Program-made: the position numbers and the translations under genes
Shown here: positions 1-9,491 of the stretch, piece after piece
Numbering within the stretch: the stretch's first letter is position 1
How the letters are laid out: each line of letters opens with the position of its first letter
Source: Pseudoalteromonas translucida KMM 520
GTDB lineage: Bacteria > Pseudomonadota > Gammaproteobacteria > Enterobacterales > Alteromonadaceae
Direction: 5' to 3'
DNA length: 32,000 bases
Assembly (NCBI RefSeq): GCF_001465295.1
Contig: NZ_CP011034.1
Coordinates: forward strand, 2,970,001-3,002,000
The notes under the pieces: generated by a model
Told to the model about the DNA's origin: nothing
What the model saw: the letters and a program-made list of their open reading frames with translations, nothing else
The model's database searches: none

Positions 1-834
1 AGCAGCTTGAATATCTTGGCTTTTTTTAACCGCTAATTCCATCATATGTTTTGGTAAGCCTTGCGATACCAATTTATCAGGGTGATGCTGCGCCATCAGT
101 TTTCGATACGCGAGCTTTATTTCTCGTGCTGTTGCTGAGTCATTAAGCCCTAATAATGCCAACGCTTGTGCGCGGTTTATATTATTATTAGGTGGTACAT
201 GATGGCCTGAACCTTCACGGTAACTGCTACTTTGCCCTTGTTGCTGTTGTTTATAACGCTGTTGCTGCTGCCTAAAGCTAAACTCTGCTTGGTAACGCTT
301 TAATACAAAAGCAAAGTGCGCTCTAGATACGCCTAACTGTTTACTCACTTCTTGTAAAAGTAATTTTTCTTGCTCAGCGAGTACACCATCTGAGAATGCC
401 ATTTGAATTTGAATTTCTAAAAATAGCTGTAATAAATCATAACGCTTAGCAAAACGCTCTTTAAAGTCTTGTACTGTTTCTTTTAATGAAAAATCATTTT
501 CTTTACCCGACTGAAATGCATGCTGTGCTTCGCGGCGCTCTTCACCTTGTAAGCCCATTTCGTCCATAAATAACGTTGCAGCTTTAATATGTACTTCGCT
601 AATGCGCCCATTTGATTTAGCAATATGGCCCATAACTGCAAAACAGCTAGAAAAAAACAGCGCTTGACGCTCGTTTACGTCGTCACCTTTAAATAAGTTT
701 GAAAAGCCACCGGCTTTATCAAAATCTTTTTTTAAGCTTTTATCAAACATATGGCCAAGGTATAGGCCAAAAATGGCACCAAAGATTTTGCCAAACATAA
801 AACCGAAAATAAACCCGAGTATTTTTCCCCACAT
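1..834 (-). CDS. djlA: Co-chaperone DjlA (DnaJ-like membrane protein), C-terminus cut by the window edge
   Basis: The minus-strand frame is open from the ATG at 834-832 to base 1. It is absent from the ORF track because no stop lies inside the window. The N-terminus MWGKILGFIFGFMFGKIFGAIFGLYLGHMFDK is the typical DjlA Gly-rich TM helix. The edge-proximal part reads ...IKLAYRKLMAQHHPDKLVSQGLPKHMMELAVKKSQDIQAA, a J domain with the HPD motif. A GAGG Shine-Dalgarno sits upstream at about 843-846. Confidence 0.85.
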   Translation of the reverse strand, partial: MWGKILGFIFGFMFGKIFGAIFGLYLGHMFDKSLKKDFDKAGGFSNLFKGDDVNERQALFFSSCFAVMGHIAKSNGRISEVHIKAATLFMDEMGLQGEERREAQHAFQSGKENDFSLKETVQDFKERFAKRYDLLQLFLEIQIQMAFSDGVLAEQEKLLLQEVSKQLGVSRAHFAFVLKRYQAEFSFRQQQQRYKQQQQGQSSSYREGSGHHVPPNNNINRAQALALLGLNDSATAREIKLAYRKLMAQHHPDKLVSQGLPKHMMELAVKKSQDIQAA

Positions 835-851
835 CTAAATTATTACCTCTA

Positions 852-1505
852 TTAAATTTGTCGTTGATTAAGTGCTGATAATCGCTCAGGAGTACCTACA
901 TCATCCCATTGGCCTATGTAGAGTTCGGTAGAGACTAAATGTTCAGTTAATTTTTTAGCTAAAATAGGCCCAAGCGGACGAACACCTTGCTCAAAATCGT
1001 TAAAAAAATCGGCTTGATACCGGCCAATTCCAGAAAATGTATATTTTTGACTATCACTCGACAAATGACTGAGCGCAAAATCACCGTTAGGATTATGCGG
1101 CGGATTTTCTATCAGTACTATGTGCGCCTCACCCGCTTGTAAATGCAGCTGAGTTAACGCGCTTACGTCGTAATCGGTATATATGTCGCCATTTATAACA
1201 ATAAAAGTGTCGCCTAATAGCGGTAGCGCAGCAATAATGCCACCGGCCGTTTCAAGGCCGCCTGCCACTTCTTGGCTGTAGCGTATATTTACGCCCCATT
1301 TGCTGCCATTGGCAAAATAATCTTTAATTTTATCACCTTGCCACGCAAGGTTTATTACTATTTCGGTAATACCCGCCGCTTTAAGATTAACAATATGATG
1401 CTCAATTAATGGCTTACCCGCTACTGCCAACATAGGTTTAGGCATATTTTGCGTTAGCGGCATCATGCGTTGTCCGCGCCCTGCCGCTAAAATCATCGCC
1501 TTCAT
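852..1505 (-). CDS. murU: N-acetylmuramate alpha-1-phosphate uridylyltransferase (MurU-type nucleotidyltransferase)
   Basis: The 217-aa ORF has the N-terminal sugar-nucleotidyltransferase signature LAAGRGQRMMPLT (GxGxR). Its start overlaps the stop of the upstream kinase gene (ATGA, 1502-1505). The kinase plus nucleotidyltransferase pair beside lptD matches the amgK-murU arrangement known in Pseudomonas. Confidence 0.8.
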   Translation of the reverse strand: MKAMILAAGRGQRMMPLTQNMPKPMLAVAGKPLIEHHIVNLKAAGITEIVINLAWQGDKIKDYFANGSKWGVNIRYSQEVAGGLETAGGIIAALPLLGDTFIVINGDIYTDYDVSALTQLHLQAGEAHIVLIENPPHNPNGDFALSHLSSDSQKYTFSGIGRYQADFFNDFEQGVRPLGPILAKKLTEHLVSTELYIGQWDDVGTPERLSALNQRQI

Positions 1506-2503
1506 GTGCGCTCCTTAGCCAAGCGCTCAACCACTTTAGGAACAATAGTATTTTGTATAAATAAGCCAAGGCCCTGCAGCTCTGAATAATTAGCAGCTAC
1601 CTCTACAATATATGTAAGTGTAGGTAGTATATTAGCCAAATACCCTTTTTTACCATCACGTAAATACAAGCGACAAAAAATACCGGCCGCTTTTAAGTGG
1701 CGCTGTAAACCGGTTAAATCAAACCAATATTTAAATTCATTAAAGGTAACATTAGCAATTAAACCTTGGCGATTAAATTCATCGTACCCGTATTTAACTA
1801 AATGAGTTAATTCGCTCTCTGGCAGTTTAAAATAGCAATCGCGTAACAAAGACACTAAGTCGTAACATAGCGGCCCGCGTACAGCATCTTGATAATCTAT
1901 GATCGCCCATTGCTGGTTGCAGCGCATAATATTACGACTATGGTAATCGCGGTGCATGGTAACGCTAGGCTGAGCAAGCATGGTATTGCTAAGCAGATCA
2001 CAGCTTGTTTGCCACAGTATTTGTTGCTCTGCGGTTAGTTTACAATCAATAAAGTCATGCATTAACCACTGGCTGAATATGCCAAGCTCAACGGCTATAA
2101 ACTTTTTATCATAAGCTTGCATAGCAGCTGCTGCAGGTGTTTTTGCCCACTGTACGCTTAGCTTAATTAATTGCTGGTAATACTCAGTGCGGTGCTCATC
2201 ATCAAGCATGTCTGCAAGGTGCGTGCTGCCTAAGTCACTTAAAATGAAAAAGCCTTGCTGCTCGTCACTGGCAATAATAGCGGGCAATAAAAATCCTTGC
2301 TGCGTAAATACGCTATTGAGCGAGATATACGGCGCATTATTTACTTTAAGTGGATCGGAATCCATCACAATAAAGCTGTTATTAGCACAATTTAAGCGAT
2401 AATAACGACGAAAGCTCGCATCGGCAGTAATTGCTGCTAACGTGCATTTTTGCTCACTAAAGTGAGTATTTATAAAGAGTTGTAAGCGTTCAAAACGTGT
2501 CAT
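1502..2503 (-). CDS. amgK: Anomeric MurNAc/GlcNAc kinase (AmgK; aminoglycoside-phosphotransferase fold)
   Basis: The 333-aa ORF carries the APH/choline-kinase catalytic motif HRDYHSRNIM (HxDxxxxN) followed by IDYQDA. It is translationally coupled to murU and divergent from lptD. Confidence 0.8.
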   Translation of the reverse strand: MTRFERLQLFINTHFSEQKCTLAAITADASFRRYYRLNCANNSFIVMDSDPLKVNNAPYISLNSVFTQQGFLLPAIIASDEQQGFFILSDLGSTHLADMLDDEHRTEYYQQLIKLSVQWAKTPAAAAMQAYDKKFIAVELGIFSQWLMHDFIDCKLTAEQQILWQTSCDLLSNTMLAQPSVTMHRDYHSRNIMRCNQQWAIIDYQDAVRGPLCYDLVSLLRDCYFKLPESELTHLVKYGYDEFNRQGLIANVTFNEFKYWFDLTGLQRHLKAAGIFCRLYLRDGKKGYLANILPTLTYIVEVAANYSELQGLGLFIQNTIVPKVVERLAKERT

Positions 2504-2596
2504 TTTATAAGCTATCTATTTTTCACTAATTACTTTGCCATTGTTTTCCTTTATTATGTCTACTTGAAATTAATCACAGCGTATAAAGGTCGATAA

Positions 2597-4843
2597 ATGA
2601 GCAAAACCTGGGGCATATTGATGCTAAGCGTACTGAGCGCACCATCGCTTGCCGAAACTGAACTGACACACAAGTTTTGTGGCACTTCAATGCAAACCAG
2701 AGCTTGGCAACCGCTTCCTGGCTTAAAGCTAGGTATGGTTGATATTCGCGCTAACGACGTAGAGCTTTTAGGCACACAAAGCGCTGAATTTACTGGTAAT
2801 GTTGATATTAACACCGTTAATATGAGTTTGTCCGCACAAACTGCACTAATCGATAAGCAGCGCGGTTTACTCAATGCTACTGGGCCAATTACTTATCGCG
2901 ACAAAATAAGCGAAGTTAACAGTACAGGCCTCAACGCCGATTTAAATAACTCAGCAATCAGCTTACTTGGTGCACAATATAGCCTAACACAACAGCTAGG
3001 CAAAGGTGGCGCTGAAAAACTCACCGTTGATGAGTCTGGCTTAATGCTAATGAATGCAAGCTTTACTGCTTGTCCTGGCGAAGTACCTGTGTGGGCCATT
3101 GAAGCCGACGAAATTAACCTTTCTCGCGAAGAAGGCTGGGGCGAAACCTATAATGCGGTTTTACGCATCCTAGATACGCCGGTTTTATATTTACCTTATT
3201 TTACCTTTCCACTTGATGAGCGCCGTAAATCGGGATTACTTACGCCTAGTTTTTCAAGTTCAGATCGCTATGGTTTAGAAACAATTACGCCTTACTACTG
3301 GAATATCGCTCCTAATTTAGATGCCACCATTACCCCGCGCTATATGTCGCGTAAAGGCTTACAACTGCAAACTGAATTTAGATATTTAACCCAAGAGCAT
3401 GAAGGCTTAGTGGGCATTGAATACTTAAATAAAGATGATTCAGACCCCGATCTTGGCGATCGTTATATGTTTCATTGGCAACAAAAAAGCTACTTAGGTG
3501 AAAACTGGCGCGCTAATGTTGATATAACAAACGTGAGTGACGACAACTACTTAACTGATTTAGACTCTAATTATGCCAGTAAAACCGATACCCAATTGTA
3601 CAGAACAGGCTCGCTTACCCATATGGGCGACACTTGGCGTACCGATATTACAGTACAAAATTTTGAAGTACTGGGCGATCACTTAGAGTCTTATACCGCT
3701 TTACCACAAATTAGTTTTACCCAAACCGCACCTTGGCAATACGACAACTTTGATTTTAGTGTATCGGGAGAAGTGAGCCACTTTACGAATAGCTCAGCTA
3801 TTATTGATCAAGCTACTCGAATACATATTGAGCCAAAAGCTCGCTTTGATTATAAAGAACATGCATGGTCGTTTTTATCAGAAGTAAGCATATTACAAAC
3901 AAACTACAAGCAGCATGGTGATTTAGAAGGTACTCAATATAGCGAAAGCGTATCGCGTACACTGCCAAAAGTACGTTTGTATACACAACTTAATTTTGAG
4001 CGCGAAACCTCCTACTTTATTGACGACGGTATTCAAACTTTAGAGCCTCAGCTACAATATTTATATACCCCTAATGAAGATCAATCTGATATAGGCTTAT
4101 TTGATACTGCCAAACTACAAGATGATTTTTTTGGTTTATTTAGAGATACACGCTTTTCAGGTGTTGATAGAATAGCCGCTGCCAACCAATTTACCTTAGG
4201 TGCAACTACTCGGTTATTTGACAAAAAACACCAAGAAGTATTTAATTTTAGCGCCGGGCAAATATTTTATTTAAGCGATTCAGCCAAACCTACAGAGCAA
4301 GGATTAAACTCAGACACCAACTACAATGCCTTGTTTGCAGCACAAACCATGGTACATTGGCATCGTCGCTGGTATTTATCAGCGGGTATTCAGTATGATA
4401 CTGACGGCAAACAAATTATTCAGTCTAACGTAACGCTCGACTATAAAGGCGACGATAATGAGCTAGTTCAATTGAACCATCGGTATTCAGATGATGTCTC
4501 AGGTAATGCAATTGAACAAACAGGCTTATTTACAAGCATTCCAGTGAGCGACGAATGGCAGTTTATTGCAAGCTATCACCGCGACCTTGAAAATAACCGC
4601 AGTATCGAAGTGTTAAGCGGACTACAGTATGAATCGTGCTGTTGGGCATTTCAAATTACTGGCCATCGCCAAATTGTTACCGACTTAAATCAGTCTATAG
4701 GGCAACAACAGGCGACTTTTGATTCAAGTATTCGTTTGAATTTTGTTTTAAAAGGGTTAGGTAGTAAAAGCCGTTATGATGCTAAAAAATTATTACAACA
4801 AGGTATTTTTGGTTATCGTAGACCGTATTTTCTTAATGACTAG
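2597..4843 (+). CDS. lptD: LPS-assembly outer-membrane protein LptD
   Basis: The 748-aa ORF has a signal peptide (MSKTWGILMLSVLSAPSLA/ETE). The four cysteines characteristic of LptD are placed as in E. coli: FCGT and FTACPG near the N-terminus, and YESCCWAF near the C-terminus. It sits in the conserved lptD-surA-pdxA-rsmA-apaGH order. An AAAGG SD lies 7 nt upstream. Confidence 0.95.
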   Translation: MSKTWGILMLSVLSAPSLAETELTHKFCGTSMQTRAWQPLPGLKLGMVDIRANDVELLGTQSAEFTGNVDINTVNMSLSAQTALIDKQRGLLNATGPITYRDKISEVNSTGLNADLNNSAISLLGAQYSLTQQLGKGGAEKLTVDESGLMLMNASFTACPGEVPVWAIEADEINLSREEGWGETYNAVLRILDTPVLYLPYFTFPLDERRKSGLLTPSFSSSDRYGLETITPYYWNIAPNLDATITPRYMSRKGLQLQTEFRYLTQEHEGLVGIEYLNKDDSDPDLGDRYMFHWQQKSYLGENWRANVDITNVSDDNYLTDLDSNYASKTDTQLYRTGSLTHMGDTWRTDITVQNFEVLGDHLESYTALPQISFTQTAPWQYDNFDFSVSGEVSHFTNSSAIIDQATRIHIEPKARFDYKEHAWSFLSEVSILQTNYKQHGDLEGTQYSESVSRTLPKVRLYTQLNFERETSYFIDDGIQTLEPQLQYLYTPNEDQSDIGLFDTAKLQDDFFGLFRDTRFSGVDRIAAANQFTLGATTRLFDKKHQEVFNFSAGQIFYLSDSAKPTEQGLNSDTNYNALFAAQTMVHWHRRWYLSAGIQYDTDGKQIIQSNVTLDYKGDDNELVQLNHRYSDDVSGNAIEQTGLFTSIPVSDEWQFIASYHRDLENNRSIEVLSGLQYESCCWAFQITGHRQIVTDLNQSIGQQQATFDSSIRLNFVLKGLGSKSRYDAKKLLQQGIFGYRRPYFLND

Positions 4844-4941
4844 GACACTGTTTTTAAAGTTAAAGTAGTATTAATTAACGCTAAAAATTGAGTATTCCCT
4901 AGGATCACAATAGTACTATTAGCAAGAGTAGTAAAAAGAAT

Positions 4942-6237
4942 ATGAATTTAAAAAAATTATTAACATCAGCAGTTTTAAGTATTAGCTTATGCCAAAGCGC
5001 ATTTGCAGCTCCGGTTGAAATCGACAAAGTTATTGGCATAGTCAACCAAGGGGTTATTTTAAAAAGTGAAGTGGACACCATAGTTAACCGTGTTAAAAAG
5101 CAAGCTGAAGAACAAAGTCAGGAGCTTCCTAAAGACGAAACATTACGTGTTCAGGCCGTAGAGCGATTAGTTAACCAAACACTCATGATGCAAATGGCTG
5201 AGCGTATGGGGTTAGAAATTTCAGACAGCCAACTAGATCAAACGCTTGCAAGTATGGCTAAAGAGCAAGGCGGTAGCATTGCAGATTTACGTCGTACTAT
5301 TGAGGGCTCGGGAGAAAGCTTTCAAGCATACCGTGAAGAAATTCGTAAAGAGATCACTACACAGCAAGTTATGCGCGCCAATGTTGATCGCCGTGTTTAT
5401 GTAAGCGAACAAGAAGTAGATAACTTACTAAAAATTATGGATAGCCAAGGTCAAAACGCAGAAGAGTATGACATTGGCCATATTTTAATTGATATTCCAA
5501 GTGATGCTAGCGCCGATGAAATTGCGTCAGCTAAAACGCGCGCAGACAAAGTAATTGAATTACTTAATGACGAGCAAGAATTTAAACGCATTGCTATTTC
5601 ATCATCAAGCGGCTCTCAAGCACTTGAAGGTGGACAACTAGGTTGGATGGGCATTAACGAAATGCCGTCGTTATTTGCTGAAGCCGTTAAAGGCAAAAAA
5701 CAAGGCGCTATTATTGGTCCACTGCGCTCAGGTGCTGGTTTTCATATTATAAAGGTACAAGATGTTCGTGGTCGTCAAGTTGTAGAAACAACTGAAACTC
5801 GCTCACGTCATATTTTAATAAAACCATCTATTATTTTAAGTGAAGAAAAAGCACGCAGTATGCTTGCCGGTTTTGTAAAAGACTTACGCGCTGATAAAGC
5901 CGACTTTGCAAAACTTGCTAAAGAATACTCAGAAGATCCAGGCTCAGCCCTTAAAGGTGGTGAGTACGATTGGGCCGATCCAACTAGCTATGTTCCTGCC
6001 TTTAGAGATACTTTATTATCACTTAAGCAAAATGAAATTAGCGAACCATTTAGAAGCCAATTCGGTTGGCATATTGTGCAGTTACTAGATACCCGTGTAG
6101 CTGATAAAACCGAGCAAGCTAAACGCAACCGCGCCCATGGCATGCTATTTAATCGTAAATTTAAAGAAGAAAGCTTTAACTGGCAGCAAGAAATGCGCGA
6201 ACAAGCCCATGTTGAAATTTTCCCAATAGACGAATAA
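4942..6237 (+). CDS. surA: Periplasmic chaperone / peptidyl-prolyl isomerase SurA
   Basis: The 431-aa ORF has a signal peptide ending SAFA/AP and two parvulin-type PPIase domains (GHILI..., SRHILIK...GGEYDWA...FGWHIVQ). It is syntenic between lptD and pdxA. Confidence 0.95.
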   Translation: MNLKKLLTSAVLSISLCQSAFAAPVEIDKVIGIVNQGVILKSEVDTIVNRVKKQAEEQSQELPKDETLRVQAVERLVNQTLMMQMAERMGLEISDSQLDQTLASMAKEQGGSIADLRRTIEGSGESFQAYREEIRKEITTQQVMRANVDRRVYVSEQEVDNLLKIMDSQGQNAEEYDIGHILIDIPSDASADEIASAKTRADKVIELLNDEQEFKRIAISSSSGSQALEGGQLGWMGINEMPSLFAEAVKGKKQGAIIGPLRSGAGFHIIKVQDVRGRQVVETTETRSRHILIKPSIILSEEKARSMLAGFVKDLRADKADFAKLAKEYSEDPGSALKGGEYDWADPTSYVPAFRDTLLSLKQNEISEPFRSQFGWHIVQLLDTRVADKTEQAKRNRAHGMLFNRKFKEESFNWQQEMREQAHVEIFPIDE

Positions 6238-6239
6238 TT

Positions 6240-7232
6240 ATGACATTACGTATCGCAATTACCCCAGGTGAGCCTGCGGGCATTGGTCCAGATTTACTGT
6301 TAAAACTTGCCCAACAAACTTGGGACGCACAGCTTGTTGCCATTGCCGACGCAAATATGCTTAAACAACGTGCTAAACATTTAGGCTTAAATATAAAGCT
6401 CATAGAGTTTGATCAGCACGCTGCAGCAATCCCTGCACCAGCAGGAAGCCTTTACCTACATCAAGTAGATGTAGCTGAGCCGGTAGAGCTAGGTGTACTT
6501 AACGATGCCAATGGCCAATACGTATTAGACACTTTGCGTATTGCCAGTGAAAAAAACATGGATGGCACTTTTGCAGCAGTTGTTACCGGCCCAGTGCATA
6601 AAGGCATTATTAATAAAGCCGGCATTTCGTTTAGTGGCCACACCGAGTATTTTGCACAACAGTCGAATACCGCCGATGTAGTAATGATGCTTGCTACGCA
6701 AGGGCTAAGAGTAGCGCTGGTAACAACGCATATTCCGCTTGCCTATGTGTCGCGTGCTATCACAGAGGATCGGCTAATCAAAGTAGCGAGTATTTTAAAC
6801 CACGACTTACAAACTAAGTTTGGTATAGAAAAGCCGCGTATTTTAGTCTGTGGTTTAAATCCTCATGCTGGTGAAGATGGCCATTTAGGCCGTGAAGAAA
6901 TAGATACTATTATTCCAACACTTGAAATACTTAACAACCAAGGTATGAACCTGATTGGTCCACTCCCTGCTGACACTTTATTTCAAGATAAATACCTAAA
7001 TGAAGCCGATGCCGTATTAGCTATGTATCACGATCAGGGGCTACCTGTGCTAAAATACAAGGGATTTGGTAACTCGGTAAATATTACCTTAGGTTTACCA
7101 TTTATCCGCACCTCAGTAGATCATGGTACTGCTTTGGACTTAGCAGGCAAAGGTACTGCTGATGTTGGCAGTTTTGAATTAGCGATCCGCGAAGCAATTA
7201 AGCTCGCCCAAGAAAAAGCACAAAATCAATGA
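6240..7232 (+). CDS. pdxA: 4-hydroxythreonine-4-phosphate dehydrogenase PdxA
   Basis: The 330-aa ORF begins [13 protein letters not shown], and the GLNPHAGE and YHDQGL motifs are typical of PdxA. It starts 2 nt after the surA stop and overlaps rsmA by ATGA. Confidence 0.95.
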   Translation: MTLRIAITPGEPAGIGPDLLLKLAQQTWDAQLVAIADANMLKQRAKHLGLNIKLIEFDQHAAAIPAPAGSLYLHQVDVAEPVELGVLNDANGQYVLDTLRIASEKNMDGTFAAVVTGPVHKGIINKAGISFSGHTEYFAQQSNTADVVMMLATQGLRVALVTTHIPLAYVSRAITEDRLIKVASILNHDLQTKFGIEKPRILVCGLNPHAGEDGHLGREEIDTIIPTLEILNNQGMNLIGPLPADTLFQDKYLNEADAVLAMYHDQGLPVLKYKGFGNSVNITLGLPFIRTSVDHGTALDLAGKGTADVGSFELAIREAIKLAQEKAQNQ

Positions 7233-8035
7233 CCGATAAAGTACATTTAGGACACCGCGCCCGTAAACGTTTTGGACAAAACTTTTTATTTGATGACATG
7301 ATCATCGGTAAAATAGTGAGCGCAATCGATCCTAAACCAGAAGATAACCTAGTAGAGATTGGTCCAGGCCTTGGCGCAATTACTGAACCGGTAGCCGAAT
7401 TAAGCGGCCATTTAACAGTTGTAGAATTAGATAAAGATTTGGCACAGCGATTAATTGAACACCCATTTTTAGGGCCTAAATTAACCGTAAACCAAGGCGA
7501 TGCAATGACCTTTGATTTTGCAAGCTTGGTGAGAGATGACAAAAAATTAAAAGTGTTTGGGAACTTACCGTATAACATTTCTACTCCGTTACTATTTCAT
7601 TTTTTTGAATTTGCAGACAATATTGAGCACATGCACTTTATGCTGCAAAAAGAAGTAGTAAAACGCATGGTTGCAGGCCCAGGGAGCAAAACCTTTGGTC
7701 GTTTAAGCGTAATGACCCAGTACTACTGTAATGCAATGCCGGTTATAGAAGTACCGCCTGAGTGCTTTAAACCAGCGCCTAAAGTTGATTCGGCGGTTAT
7801 TCGCTTAATCCCTAAAAAACCTGAACAACGCACTGCAAAAAGCGTGAAAATTTTAAACAACGTTTGCCTAGAAGCCTTTAACCAGCGTCGTAAAACACTA
7901 CGCAATAGTTTAAGCAACTTACTAACTGCAGATGAGCTTACCAGCATTGGCATAGATGTTACTTTGCGTGCTGAGCGCTTATCGTTACAACAATTTATTG
8001 ATATAGCAAATTGGATTTATGACAACAAGCAGTAA
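7229..8035 (+). CDS. rsmA: 16S rRNA (adenine1518/1519-N6)-dimethyltransferase RsmA/KsgA
   Basis: The 268-aa ORF contains KRFGQNFL, the SAM motif [11 protein letters not shown] and [11 protein letters not shown], all hallmarks of KsgA. Confidence 0.95.
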   Translation: MTDKVHLGHRARKRFGQNFLFDDMIIGKIVSAIDPKPEDNLVEIGPGLGAITEPVAELSGHLTVVELDKDLAQRLIEHPFLGPKLTVNQGDAMTFDFASLVRDDKKLKVFGNLPYNISTPLLFHFFEFADNIEHMHFMLQKEVVKRMVAGPGSKTFGRLSVMTQYYCNAMPVIEVPPECFKPAPKVDSAVIRLIPKKPEQRTAKSVKILNNVCLEAFNQRRKTLRNSLSNLLTADELTSIGIDVTLRAERLSLQQFIDIANWIYDNKQ

Positions 8036-8408
8036 TATTGGATCGCCTGTAAAGGTATCTGTTGAAACATTTTATGTAGAAGAGCAGTCGCAACCTGAAC
8101 TCGATAAGTTTGTATTTGCTTATTCTGTAACCATTAAAAATCACAGTTTGTGTAGCGCTAAATTACTGAGCCGTTATTGGTTAATTACCGATGCAAATGG
8201 CAAAGAAATTGAAGTGCAAGGCGAAGGTGTGGTCGGCGAAAACCCAGTTATAGCACCCGGCGAAAGTTATAAATATACCAGTGGGGCAATACTAGATACC
8301 CCTGTAGGTACTATGCAAGGGCATTATACGTTACGTAACGAGTTTGGCACTGAGTTTAAAGCGCCTATTAACGTGTTTCGTTTAGCCTGCCCAAACATAC
8401 TGCACTAG
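8019..8408 (+). CDS. apaG: ApaG (DUF525) protein
   Basis: The 129-aa ORF contains [52 protein letters not shown], nearly colinear with E. coli ApaG. It overlaps the rsmA 3' end by 17 nt. Confidence 0.9.
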   Translation: MTTSSNIGSPVKVSVETFYVEEQSQPELDKFVFAYSVTIKNHSLCSAKLLSRYWLITDANGKEIEVQGEGVVGENPVIAPGESYKYTSGAILDTPVGTMQGHYTLRNEFGTEFKAPINVFRLACPNILH

Positions 8409-8420
8409 TGCACTCTAAGC

Positions 8421-9239
8421 ATGGCTGACTACGCAATAGGTGATTTGCAAGGCTGCTTTAACGAGTTTAACGCGTTACTCCAACGCGTTAACTTTAATCC
8501 AAGTAAAGATCATCTTTATTTGGTGGGCGATATAGTCGCTCGAGGCCCGGACTCACTCGCCTGTTTAGAGTACCTATACAAACACCAAAATAGCATTACA
8601 GTTACGCTAGGCAATCATGACTTACACCTGATTGCCTGCTATCTACTTAATAAACCACCCAACCCTAATGATAAATTAGCGGCTGTATTCAATAGCACTA
8701 AACTCCCCCACTATATTGCATTTTTACAAACTCAGCCTTTGGCACTTTATCTTAAGCAGTACAATAGCTTTATATCCCATGCTGGGCTCAACCCTGACTG
8801 GTCGATAGCACAAGCCTTACAACATGCTCAGTTTGCTCAGTATTGTTACAGCTCATCTAAAGCGCATGACTTTTTTGCAAACATGTACCAACCTCATCCC
8901 ATTAATAACCCTAATGAACTTAATGACTATGAAAAGTTTAGATACATAGTTAACTACTTTACCCGCATGCGATTTTTAACTGCCGATAATCAACTCGACT
9001 TAAGTGCAAAAGGGGAGGTAACAAGCAACAATCACTTAACCCCTTGGTTTATGCATCCAGCAATAACAACAGCTAAACAAACACTTATTTTTGGCCATTG
9101 GGCAGCATTAAATGGTAAAACACCTCACAATCATTTATTAGCCTTAGACACCGGATGTGTTTGGGGGGGCGCTATGACCCTAATAGAGTTAAAAAACAAA
9201 CAAAAAACTATAGAAAAATCACAACTTTCGTCTAAATAA
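8421..9239 (+). CDS. apaH: Bis(5'-nucleosyl)-tetraphosphatase, symmetrical (ApaH)
   Basis: The 272-aa ORF has metallophosphatase motifs GDLQGC, GDIVARGP and GNHD. It holds the conserved position after apaG. Confidence 0.9.
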   Translation: MADYAIGDLQGCFNEFNALLQRVNFNPSKDHLYLVGDIVARGPDSLACLEYLYKHQNSITVTLGNHDLHLIACYLLNKPPNPNDKLAAVFNSTKLPHYIAFLQTQPLALYLKQYNSFISHAGLNPDWSIAQALQHAQFAQYCYSSSKAHDFFANMYQPHPINNPNELNDYEKFRYIVNYFTRMRFLTADNQLDLSAKGEVTSNNHLTPWFMHPAITTAKQTLIFGHWAALNGKTPHNHLLALDTGCVWGGAMTLIELKNKQKTIEKSQLSSK

Positions 9240-9430
9240 ACTGAAATAAAGTAATACATCTGTTAAGTTTAATGCAGCATGTTGAAATATTGTAATTACA
9301 ACCTGTTCACATTGAGTTGGCATTATATTTAGTAGCAAAAATAGCATCCCTATAATTAGAGCTACGCATGACCATTGCTTAATTAAAAATAATCAACACA
9401 GATTAAACACTTAAAATTAACTTTAATTAC

Positions 9431-9457
9431 TTAACTTATTGCAATACAAGCCGATAA
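9431..9457 (+). promoter_or_regulatory. Candidate sigma-28 (FliA) class-III promoter for the downstream MCP gene
   Basis: An exact GCCGATAA -10 element lies at 9450-9457 in intergenic DNA. A degenerate TAAAGTTT-like -35 (ttaacttat, 9431-9439; 5/8 matches) lies 10-11 nt upstream. MCP genes are typical FliA targets. The octamer also occurs three times inside coding DNA in this window, so the motif alone is weak evidence. Confidence 0.4.
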
Positions 9458-9491
9458 GTTTTAACTGATGTACTTTAGAATGGAAATCCGT

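Noticed and set aside
1219-1230. An ops-like AGCGGTAGCGCA lies within murU. A further near match GGCGGTATAGCG lies at 13904-13915 in coaBC.
   Set aside because: The first is on the antisense strand of the gene, and the second breaks the 8-nt core. Both are explained by coding constraints; the second sits in the codons for the GGIAAY flavin motif.
2187-2402. Antisense 'shadow' ORFs appear in the track at 2187-2402, 2560-2874, 2893-3099, 5906-6088, 6176-6403, 6461-6643, 7198-7578, 7723-7953, 10364-10678 and 13098-13313. More lie at 13486-13731, 13918-14187, 16797-17033, 17517-17726, 19409-19591, 20387-20650, 22368-22583, 22673-22873 and 22821-23027. The rest are at 22904-23092, 24634-25008, 27453-27635, 29508-29705 and 31763-31993.
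   Set aside because: Each lies within or largely over a strongly supported gene in another frame or strand. None has an SD or any recognisable family features, and their composition is low-complexity (Ser/Leu/Cys-rich), typical of out-of-frame translation.
5269-5280. An ops-like string GGCGGTAGCATT lies on the coding strand inside surA. The 8-nt ops core is exact and T11 is present.
   Set aside because: An 8-mer is expected about once by chance in 2 x 32 kb. The string lies 2.7 kb into an operon inside a codon context (QGGSI) rather than in a 5' leader. The lptD-surA operon is not a known RfaH target.
9290-9301. A perfect 12-bp palindrome ttgtaattacaa lies in the apaH-MCP1 intergenic region.
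   Set aside because: A palindrome of this length in AT-rich DNA is expected roughly once by chance over the ~3 kb of intergenic sequence in the window. It matches no regulator consensus that I recognise.
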